Source: Squalus acanthias (lineage: Eukaryota). From it: 64,000 nucleotides of DNA. The stretch lies in assembly GCA_030390025.1 (NCBI GenBank), contig CM059438.1, positions 66,714,001 through 66,778,000 of the forward strand. The letters are read 5' to 3'. The notes beneath the pieces were generated by a model. It was not told the origin of the DNA. It made no database searches and saw only the letters and a program-made list of their open reading frames with translations. A program made the translations under genes and the position numbers. Numbering within the stretch: position 1 is the first letter of the stretch; each line of letters opens with the position of its first letter. Below, one piece after another: positions 1-12,654 of the stretch.

Positions 1-120
1 TTTAATATCCACCTGAGAGGGCAGACGGGGCCTCGCTTTAACATCTCATCTGAAAGATGACACTCCCTGAGTACTGCACTGGAGTGTCAGCTTAAGTCCA
101 CCTGAGAGGGGCAGACGGGC
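1..120 (-). mobile_element. tRNA-derived SINE fragment (DeuSINE/SacSINE-like)
   Basis: Motifs ccacctgagagggcagac and cactccct..tgcactg recur at about 14423-14500 and 1515-1560. Confidence 0.6.
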
Positions 121-340
121 TTTACTTACACTGGTAATGCACTGTATTAGCTAGTGAGATGTTCCTGTCGGTGCCATGGGGAAATTCAATCACCCCGTCT
201 CTCACTCTCCCTGTGAATAAATCGCTCCATCCTGGAGTTGCTACCTTCTGCCAAGATCAAGACTGAATAGGGCCGGAGTTAGCATCATGGTTTGAGTCCT
301 GTGTTATTTGCTGTTGATGAAACTCCACAGAAAACTTTTA

Positions 341-625
341 GGGGGCAAAATTGGGTCGCGCCCGAAATTCACTGGTAGCGCCCCAAGAGGGAGGCGGGGC
401 GCTACTGGAAGCGCTCCGCCTCCCTCTTGGGGCGCTGCAAGTGAATATCGCGATGCTAGGTGCAGCGGTACTGCAGGCCTTCCTCCCCTTATTAAAGGGG
501 AGGGGCCTAGCGCAGCATGACCCGGGGCCCAGCTGGGCCACCAGGGATCAGACTGCCAGCAAAAGAGCCCGGCACTCAAGAGAAGTGCGCTAATGGGAGG
601 CGCAAATCAACCAAAATTTTCCCCC
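341..625. mobile_element. Harbinger-type MITE
   Basis: Imperfect TIRs GGGGGCAAAATTGG / CCAAAATTTTCCCCC; TTA TSD at 338-340 and 626-628. Confidence 0.7.
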
Positions 626-637
626 TTAATACATTTT

Positions 638-893
638 AATGCATGGGAACACCATCACCTCCAAGTTCCCCTCCAAGTCACACACCATCTTGACTTGGAC
701 ATTTATCGCCAATCTTTCATCGTCACTGGGTCAAAATCCTGGAACTCCCTCCCGAACAACATTGTGGGAGTACCTTCACCACACGGACTGCAACGGTTCA
801 AGAAGGAGGGTCACCACCACATTCTCATGGACATCTCGGGATGGGCAATAAATGCTGTCTTGCTAGCGACGCCTATATCCCAAGAATGAATTT
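638..893 (+). mobile_element. 3' fragment of the LINE family seen at 26308-29980
   Basis: catgggaacaccatcacctccaagttcccctccaagtcacac...gggcaataaatgct matches the reverse complement of about 26320-26570. Confidence 0.8.
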
Positions 894-1341
894 TTAGGAA
901 CACATTCCGAGAACAAACTAAAAGAAAAGACTGTCATCAGGAAAAAGCCCTAGTTGTTAGAGTATGATCAATTATCACAATGTTACCAAATATACTGCAT
1001 ATCGAAAAAGGGAAAATGTAATTGTTATTTTCTGTGGGTTTAAGGTTCCAGAATTTCTTTTCTCAAATGTGTTGCTCTTAAAATGAATATATTCCGTAGT
1101 CTGTCTCATAGTTCTATTTGCCGCTTTGAATCAAGAGATGGTTTGACAGTTTTGACAAGGTAATTGAAAGTAAATTATTTTGTGCCCTGAAAATCAAGCC
1201 TCCGAGTCACAGCGTGCGAAATGAAAATTTCTCTTGGAATTTTTATTAAAGCTGATTATTCCCGTGCAGCAATTGTGGTATGCAAAGTTCAAGTGTTAGT
1301 CAAGAAGGGGAAAAAAAAAATCAAACTCTTGTGTTTTGTGG

Positions 1342-1655
1342 GGGTCGTTAAGAATCCCAATCATTCTGGTTGAGCTGTGGTCCTCCCAGTTGGGAGCTGG
1401 GCTGTGCTTTCGTGAGCATTTCGGCCCCTCATGAAAGCACAGCCCAGCGAGCAGCTGGAAGGTCCACAGCCCGGCCAGGATGATTGGGCTTCTTAACGTC
1501 CCAACTGAAAGACGGCACCCTGCACAATGCAGCACTCCCTCAGTGCTGCACTGAAGGGTCAGCTCCGATTACAGGCTCAGGTCAAGGATCGGGGCTGGAG
1601 CCCACCGCTTCCTGACTGCCGGGCGAGAGTGCTGGCAACTGAACAAAGCTGGCAC
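1342..1655 (-). mobile_element. tRNA-headed SINE 5' part adjoining a ~160-nt imperfect inverted repeat
   Basis: SINE motifs at 1503-1655 (gcagcactccctcagtgctgcactg); hairpin arms 1342-1416 and 1428-1502. Confidence 0.6.
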
Positions 1656-2753
1656 GCGCAAAGGTAAGACGGGATAAGCAAATCGGAGTGGAAAAATACT
1701 TTTTTTTTAATTATTATTAATGAAACAGTTACTTTGCACTAATTTTGCCACCTTTTCAGTTGGCTGAGTTCCTCCTATTCTAAAGTGATTCATTCTATTC
1801 AGCATTACACCCATTGTTCCCTTTGGTTAGTCTGAGGACGATGAATGTGATGACATGTGAGACTTCTCTTTATTTTCTAGAATTTGCTTTGGGAAATGAC
1901 ACTGGCCGTGAGATAAATTTTCTGCTTTGTAACTTATCAGTAATTTCAGTTCAGTTAGGTGACAGTCAGTCGGTTGAAGTAGGCAGCTTTTACTGCGGAA
2001 TCCCAATGGCAATCACTTGGTAGTTGTCTGTGATTCTGTGCATCTCTGTGCTTTAAGTTCACGACACCTTCACTGGAGGTGTCAGGACTTTTCTATTACC
2101 CAACAAAACAACACAAAAGGATCAGACTTCTGTGTTTTCAGCTGTATGTAATTACTTTAGTTAATAAAAAGGGCTTATGTTCTCCTGGGTATAACTTGTA
2201 TTGGATGAGAGCATGTCATCTTGATGGTACACTTGCTTAGAAATAGCCAATTTGGAAGTAGCTTGAAAAATGTGTCGAGTAAATTGGTACATTGCTGTTC
2301 AGTAACTTCAAACAGAGAACAAAAGGACTTGCAACACTGAGGCTTAGATAGAGAATAAGGGGACAGTTTCACAGTAGGTAACTGTTTGGTGCAATGAGGA
2401 TCTGACAGAGCTGAGTTCCACTGCTGGCTCCACATTTCTCTCTGCCTAGGGATAACTGAGCTCTTTGTGTGTGTGTGTGTTTACATGCAGAACTTCTGCT
2501 CCTGATTTAGGTTTTCTATTCATTTCTTTAAGAGAAGTCAGAAGCATTTTTAGATCCTTGCATTAATGAACAAATGCAGTTCCATGCAAACATTTACGGG
2601 TTAATTTCGCACACCCGCTTGCACCATCTTGTAAGGTCCTCTCTGCTCTGTTTTAACTAGAGAAAGAAAGTTAAGCACAGTCATGTTTTACATTCAAACC
2701 ATTGGATACAAAACTTAACTTTAAACAGTACAATGTCACACATTTTTGTTAAA

Positions 2754-2862
2754 TATCTATCTATCTATCTATCTATCCAGCTATCCATCTATCCATCTAT
2801 CCATCTATCCATCTATCCATCTATCTATCTATCTATCTATCTCTCTCTCTCTCTCTCTCTCT
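2754..2862. repeat. Compound microsatellite (CTAT/CCAT)n(CT)n
   Basis: Directly visible tandem repeats. Confidence 0.95.
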
Positions 2863-5388
2863 CCTCTCAATGTTGGCTACAAGGGTCCTACATTACTTGT
2901 AATTCAATTCTCATTAGACTCAAATGCACAGCACAGAACTATCCATAATTTAGCACTTCATTGGCAATGTCTCTCAGAGAAGCAATGAAGATAGCTTATG
3001 TGGGTGATAGAAATGTCACACTGCTGCAGTAGAGGATGGTGTGAGATTTGGATTTGAGGCTCATTGTTGACGCAGTTTTATTTTGCATCTAACTTACCCT
3101 GTTTATGATCTAGAAATGACTGATGCTGACACTTGGTGGGAAAATAAAGTCCATTCTCTGACGGTAACATCTGACAGCACGATATCCACCAAAACATTTA
3201 CTAAAACGCCTGAGTGATTGTATTTGGCTTTTTCCTTCAAGGGCAGTGAACAGACTGTACTAAATTGGTATGTTCTGCCTGGAGGGTGTTGCATTTACAG
3301 TGAGGGTTCTGTGAGCCTTTGGCTCATTAACCCTGGTGTAGCTGAAAAATTAAGAGAAACAAAATAGCACAGCTACTGTTGGGGCATTTCGGTGAAGAAA
3401 CACTGAGATGAAAACTCTTCTCTCTCTATTAGAAAGGCTGGGTGTTCCATCTTGAACTTAGAACTTCATTGCTAGCCAAGGAATAGCAACTCCATTGTTA
3501 CTTCGGTAGATATTGGAAATTCACTGGTGATCTAAACCCAATAAATTGATTGAAAGAAGCGCAGTCAGAAGCTAAGAAAGACTCGAGGTAGTGCCACAAC
3601 AGCTGTGCTTTCAACACACAGAATGCCCCAGATTTTCTCGACCACCATTTCACACTGAGGGGCCCTTTTTGAGCAGGTCGCAAGCCAGGGAACGTATTTC
3701 TGTTTTCACGTAAATGACATAAAAATAGCACCAATCTGACTGAAATCACTGGAGTCCAGAAGACTGTGCTGCGCTGCTTGGGCTTGGCACCGTGTTGAGC
3801 CCAACCCTAGCCTGGTCGGGCGTGAGGCCGGGACTTGAAAGTACTCGGGTGATCCATTGGGTCTCACGGGCACTTGATAAACTCAGTATGGGGTCTTGTT
3901 GCTATGAGAAAGTGCTCACTGCCACCTGCTCTTATAACATTGACTGGCGAGCTGTGTGTCTGTGTTGACCCACTGCTGAACCGTTAAGGTCACAACTCCT
4001 CTGGGTGAAAATGTGCAAACACCAAGCAAAATGAAAAGTCACCACGAAAAAAATAAAGCATCTGCAGATAATCCCCCCAAAAAATAATTAAAGCAATAAA
4101 TAGGATATAAGAGAATTCCAAATGACTGTCTTGGAAACAGAATTTTCAGGGTTATCGAGAATGCAGGTGACATTGGAAATAAAATGATTGGAGAAGTCTT
4201 GTTTTTACCACGAAGGACAGGAAGGGTCTGGCATTCAAGTGCACCAGACAAACATTTTTTTTTCAAATCCTCAAAGCATTTACATTGTAGGACGTGCAGA
4301 ATTACCCCTCGTCCCGTCCAACAGGTTATAGAGTTCGGACTTGAGACTTATGAGAAATTACACCACATATACCAGTTCTGTCTTTAACCTTTTATTGTTC
4401 CTAAGAAAGATTCAAAACCCCAACCACTATTTGAGCAGCCCACCAATAATGTTACAGGAAATCATACATACAACCACCCGCAGGTGATCAGTCCGGCGTT
4501 GATTGTAGGTCCTCGTAAGCGAAAAGGCTGGCCAGGCCCCTCCTTCCGACTGCAGCCTGATCCTCGTAGACAAGATGACTGGCCAAACCACCTTCTTCCG
4601 ACTGCAGTGCTGATATTCTTTAGCCACTGTGTTTTATACAGTTTTCCTTGCCTTTTGCAGTAAATCAGAAATAGTGAAATGTTCCTTTAATGTTTGATAT
4701 AAGTTGTTTGAGCTGTCAAACGTTCACACTCACACATCCTGTGTGGCTATCCATTAGTTGCCTTCATCAAAGCTCAACATTGTTCATTCACTCCTAAAGT
4801 TTACAAAAGTGGCAGAAAACCACTTGGTTCGGTTCATGAGTTACATCGTAGTCTGCATTTCAAAACTTCAAAGGTTTGACTTCTCCCCTTTAGCCACCAA
4901 GAAGTCATTAAGATGTCTGCAAAATCTAAATGGGGTTTGTTTATCTTTGTTGTCTATGACTACCCCCTGCAGTCACAACCATGTTTGCTGCCTTTTAAAA
5001 AAAACACATCAAAGCAAATTCCATGTCCCCTTATCAGTGAAAGACTGTTTGTTACAACTTTATATTTCACTTTGAAAATAACCTTTGGCCTGGCAAAGCA
5101 TTTCAATATATATCAAAATTAAGAATTAAGAATTAAGGGTCTGCGCATGCCTACAACATCTAGTTGAGTTGAGGTCCACTGCCACCTTTCTTCTAGGAAT
5201 GCCTACATTGAAGAAGTTCTGCTCTTCTCTTCGACGGGACCTCCGTTTGTCTCTTCAACCTTGTTCATCTTCACTGCTTTCAGTTTCATCTCTTAATGTC
5301 TCTTAATCTCTCCTTTTGTTCTTTCATCCCCTCCCCCTTTTCCCAGCTTTATCCTTGCTTTAAATCGATTTCATTTCCTGCTTTTTCC

Positions 5389-5425
5389 AGTTCTGACGAA
5401 AGGTCTTCGACCTGAAACGTTAACT
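5389..5425 (+). ncRNA. Minimal type I hammerhead ribozyme in a Penelope-like element tail (tail extends to about 5520)
   Basis: AGTT-CTGACGA-A-AGGTC-TTC-GACCT-GAAA-CG-TT-AACT: core, stem II, short palindromic stem III and stem I. Confidence 0.7.
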
Positions 5426-6059
5426 CTGTTTCTCTCTCCACGGATGCTGCCTGGCCTGCTGAGTTTTTCCAGCGTTTTCTGTTGTTATTTTGGATTTCCA
5501 GCATCCGCAGTATTTTGCTATCGTATCTAGTTGAGGTTGCTTGTTGTCACCAGATCCCTATCGGCCCAAGTGGCTCTCAAACCAAAGTAATGCAAATTTT
5601 TAATTTCAGAGCAGTTTGAGGAAGTGGTTCAGACAATAAGCATATTCGAAGGACATTTGCTGCATTCTTTTTAATGAGGCGATGTATGCTTTGGTGCTTG
5701 GTGTACTGTAACTTAGATAAAATGAATCTGGTGAGGCTTTAACTACTGCAGTCCAAAACTCCTGCTTCTGAAGTATCATTTTGTCAGTGATTGGGACAAT
5801 GTCCCGGAGGAGTTTTCATACAGCACTGTGTGACGCCAGCTACCATTTACAGTTACAACGACACAGTGGCTGAAGTATCCTGGGTTGACGGCTCCCTGAT
5901 GTTGCTGCAGTGTCCTTTGGAAAGCTCAGGAAATCCAGTGAATCAATTTCCCTTTTAAACAAATGCTGCTTCAGCAAAGTATTCCTTCTTTTTGGTAAGA
6001 CGGGAAAAAATATTAAAGTTTATTCTAATTCTTTGTGGCCACTGTGCAACGAGAAAGAC

Positions 6060-7915
6060 TGACAAGCTGAGGCTCTTGTCTCCAGGAAAGGCTGAGGGGT
6101 GACCTAATTGAGGTCTTTAAAATTATGATCAGGTTTTATCGGGTAGACGTAGAGAAAATGTTTCCACTTGTTGGGGGGGGGGGGGAGGGGGCCGGATGTA
6201 CAGAACTAGGGGCCATAAATATAAGATAATCACTAATAAATCTAATAAGGAATTTAGGAGAAACTTCTTTAAAGAGAGTGGTTAGAATGTGGAACTTGCG
6301 ATCACATGGAGTAGTTATTCAAGAAAGGAGGGAGAGAGAAAACCGGGAACTACAGGCCACTTAGCCTGACATCAGTCATTGGGAAAATGCTGGAATCTAT
6401 TGTTAAGGAAGTGGTATCAGGGCACTTAGAAAATCATAACATGATTAGGCAGAGTCAACATGGTTTTATGAAAGGGAAATCGTGTTTGACAAATTTATTA
6501 GAATTTTTTGAGGATGTAACTAGCAGGGTAGATAAAGGGGAACCAGTGGACATAGTATATTTGGATTTTCAAAAGGCATTCGATAAGGTGCCACATAAAA
6601 GGTTATTACACAAGATAAGGGCTCATGGGGTTGGGGGTAATATAGTAGCATGGATAGAGGATTGGTTAACGGACAGAAAACAGAGAGTAGAGATAAACGG
6701 GTCTTTTTCAGGTTGGCAGGCTGTAACTAGTTGGGTGCCGCAAGGATCAGTTCTGGGGCCTCAGCTATTTACAATCTATATTAATGACCTACATGAAGGG
6801 ACCGAGTGTAATGTATCTAAGTTTGCTGACGATACAAAGCTAGGTGGGACAGTAAGCTGTGAGGAGAACATAAAGAGTCTGCAAAGGAATATAGATAGAC
6901 TAAGCGAGTGGGCAGTAAGGTGGCAGATGGAGTATCATGTAGGGAAATGTGAGTTTATTCACTTTGGTAGGAAGAATAGAAAAACAGAATATTTTTTAAA
7001 TGGTGAGAAACTTTTAAATGTTGGTGTTTAGAGAGATTTGGGTGTCCTCATGCAAGAAACACAGACAGCTAGCATGTAGGTACAGCAAGCAATAAGGAAG
7101 GCAAATGGCATGTTGGCATTTATTGCAAGGGGGTTGGAGTATAAGAGTAGGGAAGTCTTGCTACAATTGTACAGGGCCTTGGTGAGACCACACCTGGAGT
7201 ACTGTGCACAGTTTTGGTCGCCTTCTCTAAAGAAGGATATACTTGCTTTGGAGGCAGTGCAACAAAGGTTCACTAGATTGATTCCTGGGATGAGAGGGCT
7301 GTCCGATGATGAGAGATTGTGTAGAATGGGCCTATACTCTCTGGAGTTTAGAAGAATGAGAGGTGACCTCATTGAAACATACAAGATTCTGAAGGGGATT
7401 GACAGGGTAGATGCTGAGAGGTTGTTTCCCCTGGCTGGAGTGTCTAGAACTAGGGGGCATAGTCTCAGGATAAGGGGTAGGCCATTTAAGACCGAGATGA
7501 GGAGGAATTTTTTCACTCAGAGAGTTGTGAGTCTTTGGAATTCTCTGCCCCAGAGGGCTGTGGATGCTGAATATTTGTGTATATGCAAAGCTGAGATAGA
7601 TAGATTTTTAGATTCTAGGGGAATCAAGGGATATGGAGATCGGGCGGGAAAGTGGAGTTGAGGTCGATGATCAGCCATGATCTTATTGAATGGTGGAGCA
7701 GGCTTGAGGGGCCATGTGGCCGACTCCTGCTCTTATTTCTTATGTTCTTAAGGTAAGTAGCATAGATGCTTTTAAGGGGAAGCTAGATAAGTGCATGAGG
7801 GAGAAAGGAATAGAAGGATATGCTGATAGAGTTAGCTGAATTAGGGTGGGAGAAAGCTCGTTAGCTGAATTAGGGTTGCATGGCCTGTTCCTGTGTTGTA
7901 AATTCTATGTAACAA
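6060..7915 (+). mobile_element. CR1 LINE 3' fragment (6060-6316 and 7750-7915) split by a second CR1
   Basis: CR1 C-terminal sequence ...ggagtagtt | aggtaagtagcatagatgctttt... is continuous once 6317-7749 is removed. Confidence 0.75.
6317..7749 (+). mobile_element. 5'-truncated CR1 LINE (RT, with nonsense mutations)
   Basis: ORFs 6387-7031 and 7110-7661: QHGF.KGKSCLTNL, YLDFQKAFDKVPH, PQGSVLGP, FADDTKL; 3' tail ttcttatgttctt. Confidence 0.95.
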
Positions 7916-8309
7916 AAAAAAATTGTACATTTAATATTATCTGGAGAGTTACCTGTTTGAAACGTAATTGCAGAAAATGACAAAAGGCTGTTTGACCTCT
8001 TCTGGCCCTCCATTCAGTCAGCTTCAGTTTCCACCTTCATGGACTGTTCCTAGTTTATTTCAGCTCTGAGGGAAGACAATCACTGCAAGTAGCATTTCCA
8101 AGGAGAAGAAGTCCTGTGGGAAAAAAATGGTAACTTCTTGGGTTCAGATTTAGAACGAAGTCTGGCAGATGACCTGCGGAAGGGAGAAGAACCCATAAGC
8201 TAAACGCAGCCTGTCTTTTTTGGACAAGTTTGGATTACTCACTGCTAGAATGGAGAGAGCTGAAGTTCTCAGCAAATTGGAAGAATACGGCTAAAGCTAA
8301 ATCATTCTT

Positions 8310-8403
8310 ACATTACAACAGTGTCTACACTTCAAAAAAGTACTTCATTGGCTGTAAAGTGCTGACTTCGTGAAAGGCACTATATAAATGCAAGTTCTTT
8401 CTT
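8310..8403 (+). mobile_element. SINE 3' tail
   Basis: cattacaacagtg..cttcaaaa..tacttcattggctgtaaag..gaaaggcactatataaatgcaag, shared with other copies in the window. Confidence 0.65.
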
Positions 8404-8436
8404 TACTGTTAAATGTTGTTGCCAAAGGACGCGACG

Positions 8437-9650
8437 ACAACAACAATAACTTGCATTTATATAGTGCCGTTAATATAGTAAAACTTCACAGGAGCATTAA
8501 CAAGCAAAAATTGACACCGAGCCACAAAAGGAGATATTAGGGCAGATGACCAAAAGCTTGCTCAAAGAGATAGTTTTTAAGGACCATGCTGAAAGAGCAG
8601 AGAGAGGAACAGAGGCAGAGAGGTAATTCCAAAGCTTAGGGTCTAGGCAGCTGAAGACATAGCCGCCAATGGTGGAGCGATTAAAATTGGGCATGAGTAA
8701 GGGGCCAGAATGGGAGGAGTGCAGAGATCTCGAAGAGTTGTAGAGCTGAAGGGGATTACAGAGATAGGGAGGGGCGAGGCCATGGAGAGATTTGAAAACA
8801 CAGATGGGAATTTTGCTGGACCGGGAGCCAATGTAGGTCAGCGAGCACAATGGTGATGGGTGAATGGAATTTGGTGCGAGTTAGGACACGGGCAGCAGAG
8901 TTTTGGATGAGCTCAAGTTTATGGAAGGTGGAAGATGGAAGGCCAGCCAGGAGACCATTGGAATAGTCAAGTCCAGAGGTAACAAAGGCAGGGATGAGGG
9001 TTTCAGCAGCAGATGAGTTGAGGCAGGGGCGGAGTTGTGCAATGTTATGGAGATGGAAGTAGGCGATCTTAGTGATGGAGTGGATATGTGGTCGGAAGCT
9101 CATCCCGGGGCAAATACGATACTGATGTTGCGAACGGTTTGGTTCAGCCACAGACAGTTGCCAGGGAGAGGGATGGAGTTGGTGGCTAGGGAACAGAGTT
9201 TGTGGCGTGGACCAAAGACAATGGCTTTGGTCTTCCCAATATTTAGTTGGAAGAAGTATCTGCTCATCCAGTACTGGATGTTGGACAAGCAGTTTGACAA
9301 ATTAGAGTCAGCGGAGGGGTCGAACATGGTTATGGTGAGGTAGAGCTGGGTGTCATCAGCGTACATGTGGAACCTGACCTTTTGTTTTTGGATGAAGTGG
9401 CTGAGGGGCAGCATGTAGATGAGAAATAGGAGGGGGCCAAAGATAAAACCTTGGGGGACTCCAGAGGTAACGTTGTGGGAGCGGGGAGAGAAGCCATTGC
9501 AGGTGATTCTCTGGTTACGACTAGATAGATAAGAATGGAACCAGCCTGAGTGCAGTCACACCAAGCTGGACGATGGAGGAGAGGCATTGGAGGAGGATAG
9601 TGTGATCAACCATGTCAAAGGCTGCAGACTGGTCGAGAAGGATGAGGACT
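8437..9650 (-). mobile_element. L2 LINE 3' fragment (degraded RT)
   Basis: Minus-strand peptides HMYADDTQLY, LNIGKTKAIVFG, LDYSNGLLAGLP, LELIQNSAARVL, LHWLPV. Confidence 0.9.
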
Positions 9651-9744
9651 CGGCTCTGAAATGTATCATGGTCATGGGATCAACATGGAAAATTGACAGG
9701 AGTGTGAGGGCTGGAAAAGAGAAATAATCTAGGTAACACGGAGG

Positions 9745-9916
9745 CAACATTCTCACTAAGCTGAGCAGGACGCGTGGCCATGCAGCAGTCTGGAGGTCCC
9801 GCGCTGGCCGCTCACTGGCTTTTATATGGGAGAAAGCGCAATGCGCGAAAATTTGAATGGGCCGCGCAGCCAGTTAAAGGGACCACGCACCAAAAAAATA
9901 ATAAGAGGGAACATTG
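9745..9916. mobile_element. hAT-type MITE
   Basis: Termini CAACATTCTC...GGGAACATTG; 8-bp TSD CACGGAGG/TACGGAGG; internally similar to 12083-12246. Confidence 0.8.
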
Positions 9917-9990
9917 TACGGAGGTACTCCCAGTGCCTCCAGACCCAGATCCAGATTTGGCCCTGGGTACAATGCTGACTAAAAAATAAT

Positions 9991-11293
9991 GGGGCCGATT
10001 TTGCCTTTGAAATTTACTGCAAGTTCGGGATTTCCGACTTGAAAGATGATCCACACCGATGGGGAAATACTCATTGCTGGCGCAGAGTTGGGCTAACTGC
10101 CCACCAATTGCTCAGCAATGATGGGCAAAAATGTTACGGTTAGTGAAAGGAGGCGCAGGAGCCTGTTTCACTGCGAAAGGAACCACCTTTCCGTTCTTTT
10201 CCAGGTTATTTGTGATGATTAATTAAGCTGCGTTAATGGTAAAAATAATAAGAGTTTGCGTCCAGCCAGAATCATCTCTTAAAAAGTTGGCAACCATGGT
10301 TGAAGAATAATTTATAAAGCTGTAAATCGCCTTTCGACGTAGTTCAGCAATAGCTAAAATGCTTTAAGGAGTGAATTTTTTAATTTATCAAAGGTTTTTT
10401 TTCATTTTATTCAGGCAGTAATATAATTTGATAACTTGAATAAATACAGTACAATTTACTGTAATACAGTTTAATTAATGAAAAGAAACAATCTAATATC
10501 AATTTGCACCCCCCCCCGCCATTATATGTAAAAGCACCATCCTTTCTCCTCTTGCCTTATTCTTGGTCCCCTGTGTACCAGTTATCCTATCCCATTGAAC
10601 AATTAACTGTCAAAGCCTGATGCTGGTTCCCACATGTTGGTGAAAAATAAATTCACTCGAGTCTGTCTCAAAGCAGAAGATCACGGATTATTTAACAGAG
10701 CGCTCTGGGAGAAGAGTCATAGACCCCGCGATCTAGTGATTCACTTCTCGTCGTTACAGGTATCAAAACTTATTTTATACATTATAGGGTCGGATCCAAA
10801 ATGTCCTCACCCAATTACATTTCCCCAGCAACAACTTTTAATTATAACACAGGTTTTTTTACTTCCTAACCGAAACTATAAACATCAAAATGTGGTCAGC
10901 GTTGTCTAGTATGACTGTCTGGTTCAGTTCCTTCGCACGTACTCATGTTAACCACAGACATTTTCCCATCGCACTGTGTCAGGTTAACCATTTTGTCTTT
11001 ACATTGTTGCTTTTACATTCTTGCTTTTACATTCTATAATTTTACTCCAACACCACATATCTGTCCAGAGGAAACTCAGTGCGTCCACTGATTGGAGCAC
11101 CAAGCCCACGTGATCCCAGGTACGCTTCTGCGCACGCTGCGCCCCTGGGATTCGCGGGCCATTATGCTGCCCTCGAGTACGCAGAGTTAGAAAGCAAGTT
11201 CGCGAAAGAGGGTCCCCATCAGTTAAGTTTGTATTCTATTCGGACACCGGCGGCGTACTCCGTGGGCGCGCCGCCGACCGCAAAATCTGCCCC
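9991..11293. mobile_element. Harbinger-like non-autonomous element
   Basis: TIR GGGGCCGATTTTGC / GCAAAATCTGCCCC; GC-rich subtermini and AT-rich core; no clean TSD. Confidence 0.55.
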
Positions 11294-11782
11294 GTCGATG
11301 TTGGCAACGGCCAAAGCTATCACAGGAAGAACGGAAAGTGCTGGTGAAGGGACTGGAACCTGTGCTTAGCAGGGTCTCTTCCTGCTTTCTTTTACTGGAG
11401 TTTCTGATTTTCATTTTGCAACCATGTGAATGCTAAGGGCAATTTACTGTAGCACGTTTAAAAATTAATCTTAAACACTTGGAAATTGAAGATTTGAAGA
11501 GTCATCCGACAGTTTAAACCAATTTCCGGGGCATTTTGACAGCACTTGTCCGCCTCTTCCCACAGGAGAGGAAGAGCCACTGGGCCTCTGCATGAAAATA
11601 GCATCACCCTTATTGTGAATAGTATAAACTGAAAGGAAAATAATGCGGGGGAGGGCATGTTAAACATTTGCTGAGATTTGTTGGTGTTTATCTTCAGCCC
11701 TGAAGTTTCATTTTATTGTCTCTCTCCAATGTTTTCCCCTCCGCTCTGCTGAAGCCACTGCAGCATGTCCGCGAGCATTGTT

Positions 11783-12425
11783 TTTTTATTTGCTATCATG
11801 GTGGGCGACACTGGCAGTGTCCGTCTCTATTTGGCACAAGAGGGTGATGTTGGGCTGCCTTGTTGAACCGTTGCAGTCCATGTGGTGATGGTGCACACAC
11901 ATTAGTGCAAGGTGGGGATTTCCTGGATTTTGACCTGGTGACGATGAAGGAACGGTGAACATGTCCAAGTCAGAAAGAGGTGGGATTTGCAGGGGGGTGG
12001 GGGGTGGATATTGGAAGTGATTGTTTTCCCATGAGGTTGCAGCTCTTGTTTTTCTCAGTGGTAGGGGCCGCAGGGCTGGGAGCAACGTTCCCGTCAAGCA
12101 GTGCGGCTGCGCAACGCTCTGGAGGTCCCGTGCAGGTCGCTTGCCGGCTTTCCAGTGGAAAAACCGCGCATACGCGGCGATTTGATTGGGCCACGCAGCC
12201 CCTTAAAGGGGCCGCGCACCCAAGAAAAAAATTACAGGGAGCATTGGCTGGGAGGTGCTGTGGAAGTAAGTTTAGAGCATTGCTGTACTGTGTTCTGTAG
12301 ATAGTACATGTTTTCAGCTACACTGTTCCTGTAGTGAGCGGTGGATATTTGAGTCCAATGGCAGGAGTGCCAATCAAGAGGACTGCTTTGTCCTGGATCG
12401 TGTTGAGCTTCTTGAGTGTTGTGGC
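11783..12425 (-). mobile_element. 3' fragment of the LINE family at 26308-29980, interrupted by a hAT MITE
   Basis: ttgaaccgttgcagtccatgtggtga and gtgccaatcaagaggactgctttgtcctggat match about 26410-26760. Confidence 0.75.
12083..12246. mobile_element. hAT-type MITE
   Basis: Termini CAACGTTCCC...GGGAGCATTG; perfect 8-bp TSD GCTGGGAG (12075-12082, 12247-12254). Confidence 0.85.
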
Positions 12426-12429
12426 AACA

Positions 12430-12560
12430 GAAAGGAAAAAGGAAGACTTGCATTTACATAGCGCCTTTCACGACCACAGGACCTCCCAAAGTGCGTTGCA
12501 GTTATTGAAATACTTTTGAAGTGAGGTCACTGTTGTAATGTAGGAAACGCGTCAGCGCAC
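12430..12560 (-). mobile_element. SINE 3' tail
   Basis: gacttgcatttacatagcgcctttcacgacc...cactgttgtaatgtaggaaacgc. Confidence 0.7.
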
Positions 12561-12654
12561 AGAAAATAATGAAGCAAAATGATGAAGCAAAAAGGCCTCA
12601 AAATATGAACACAATCCAATAATCATTATCTGGGCTGGCTGATTGAAACACAAG

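Noticed and set aside
2733..2988. ORFs with YLSI repeats
   Set aside because: Translation of a microsatellite.
7028..7516. Long antisense ORFs over LINE and pol sequences (also 23223, 49397, 51327, 53507)
   Set aside because: Shadow frames of RT/pol coding sequence.
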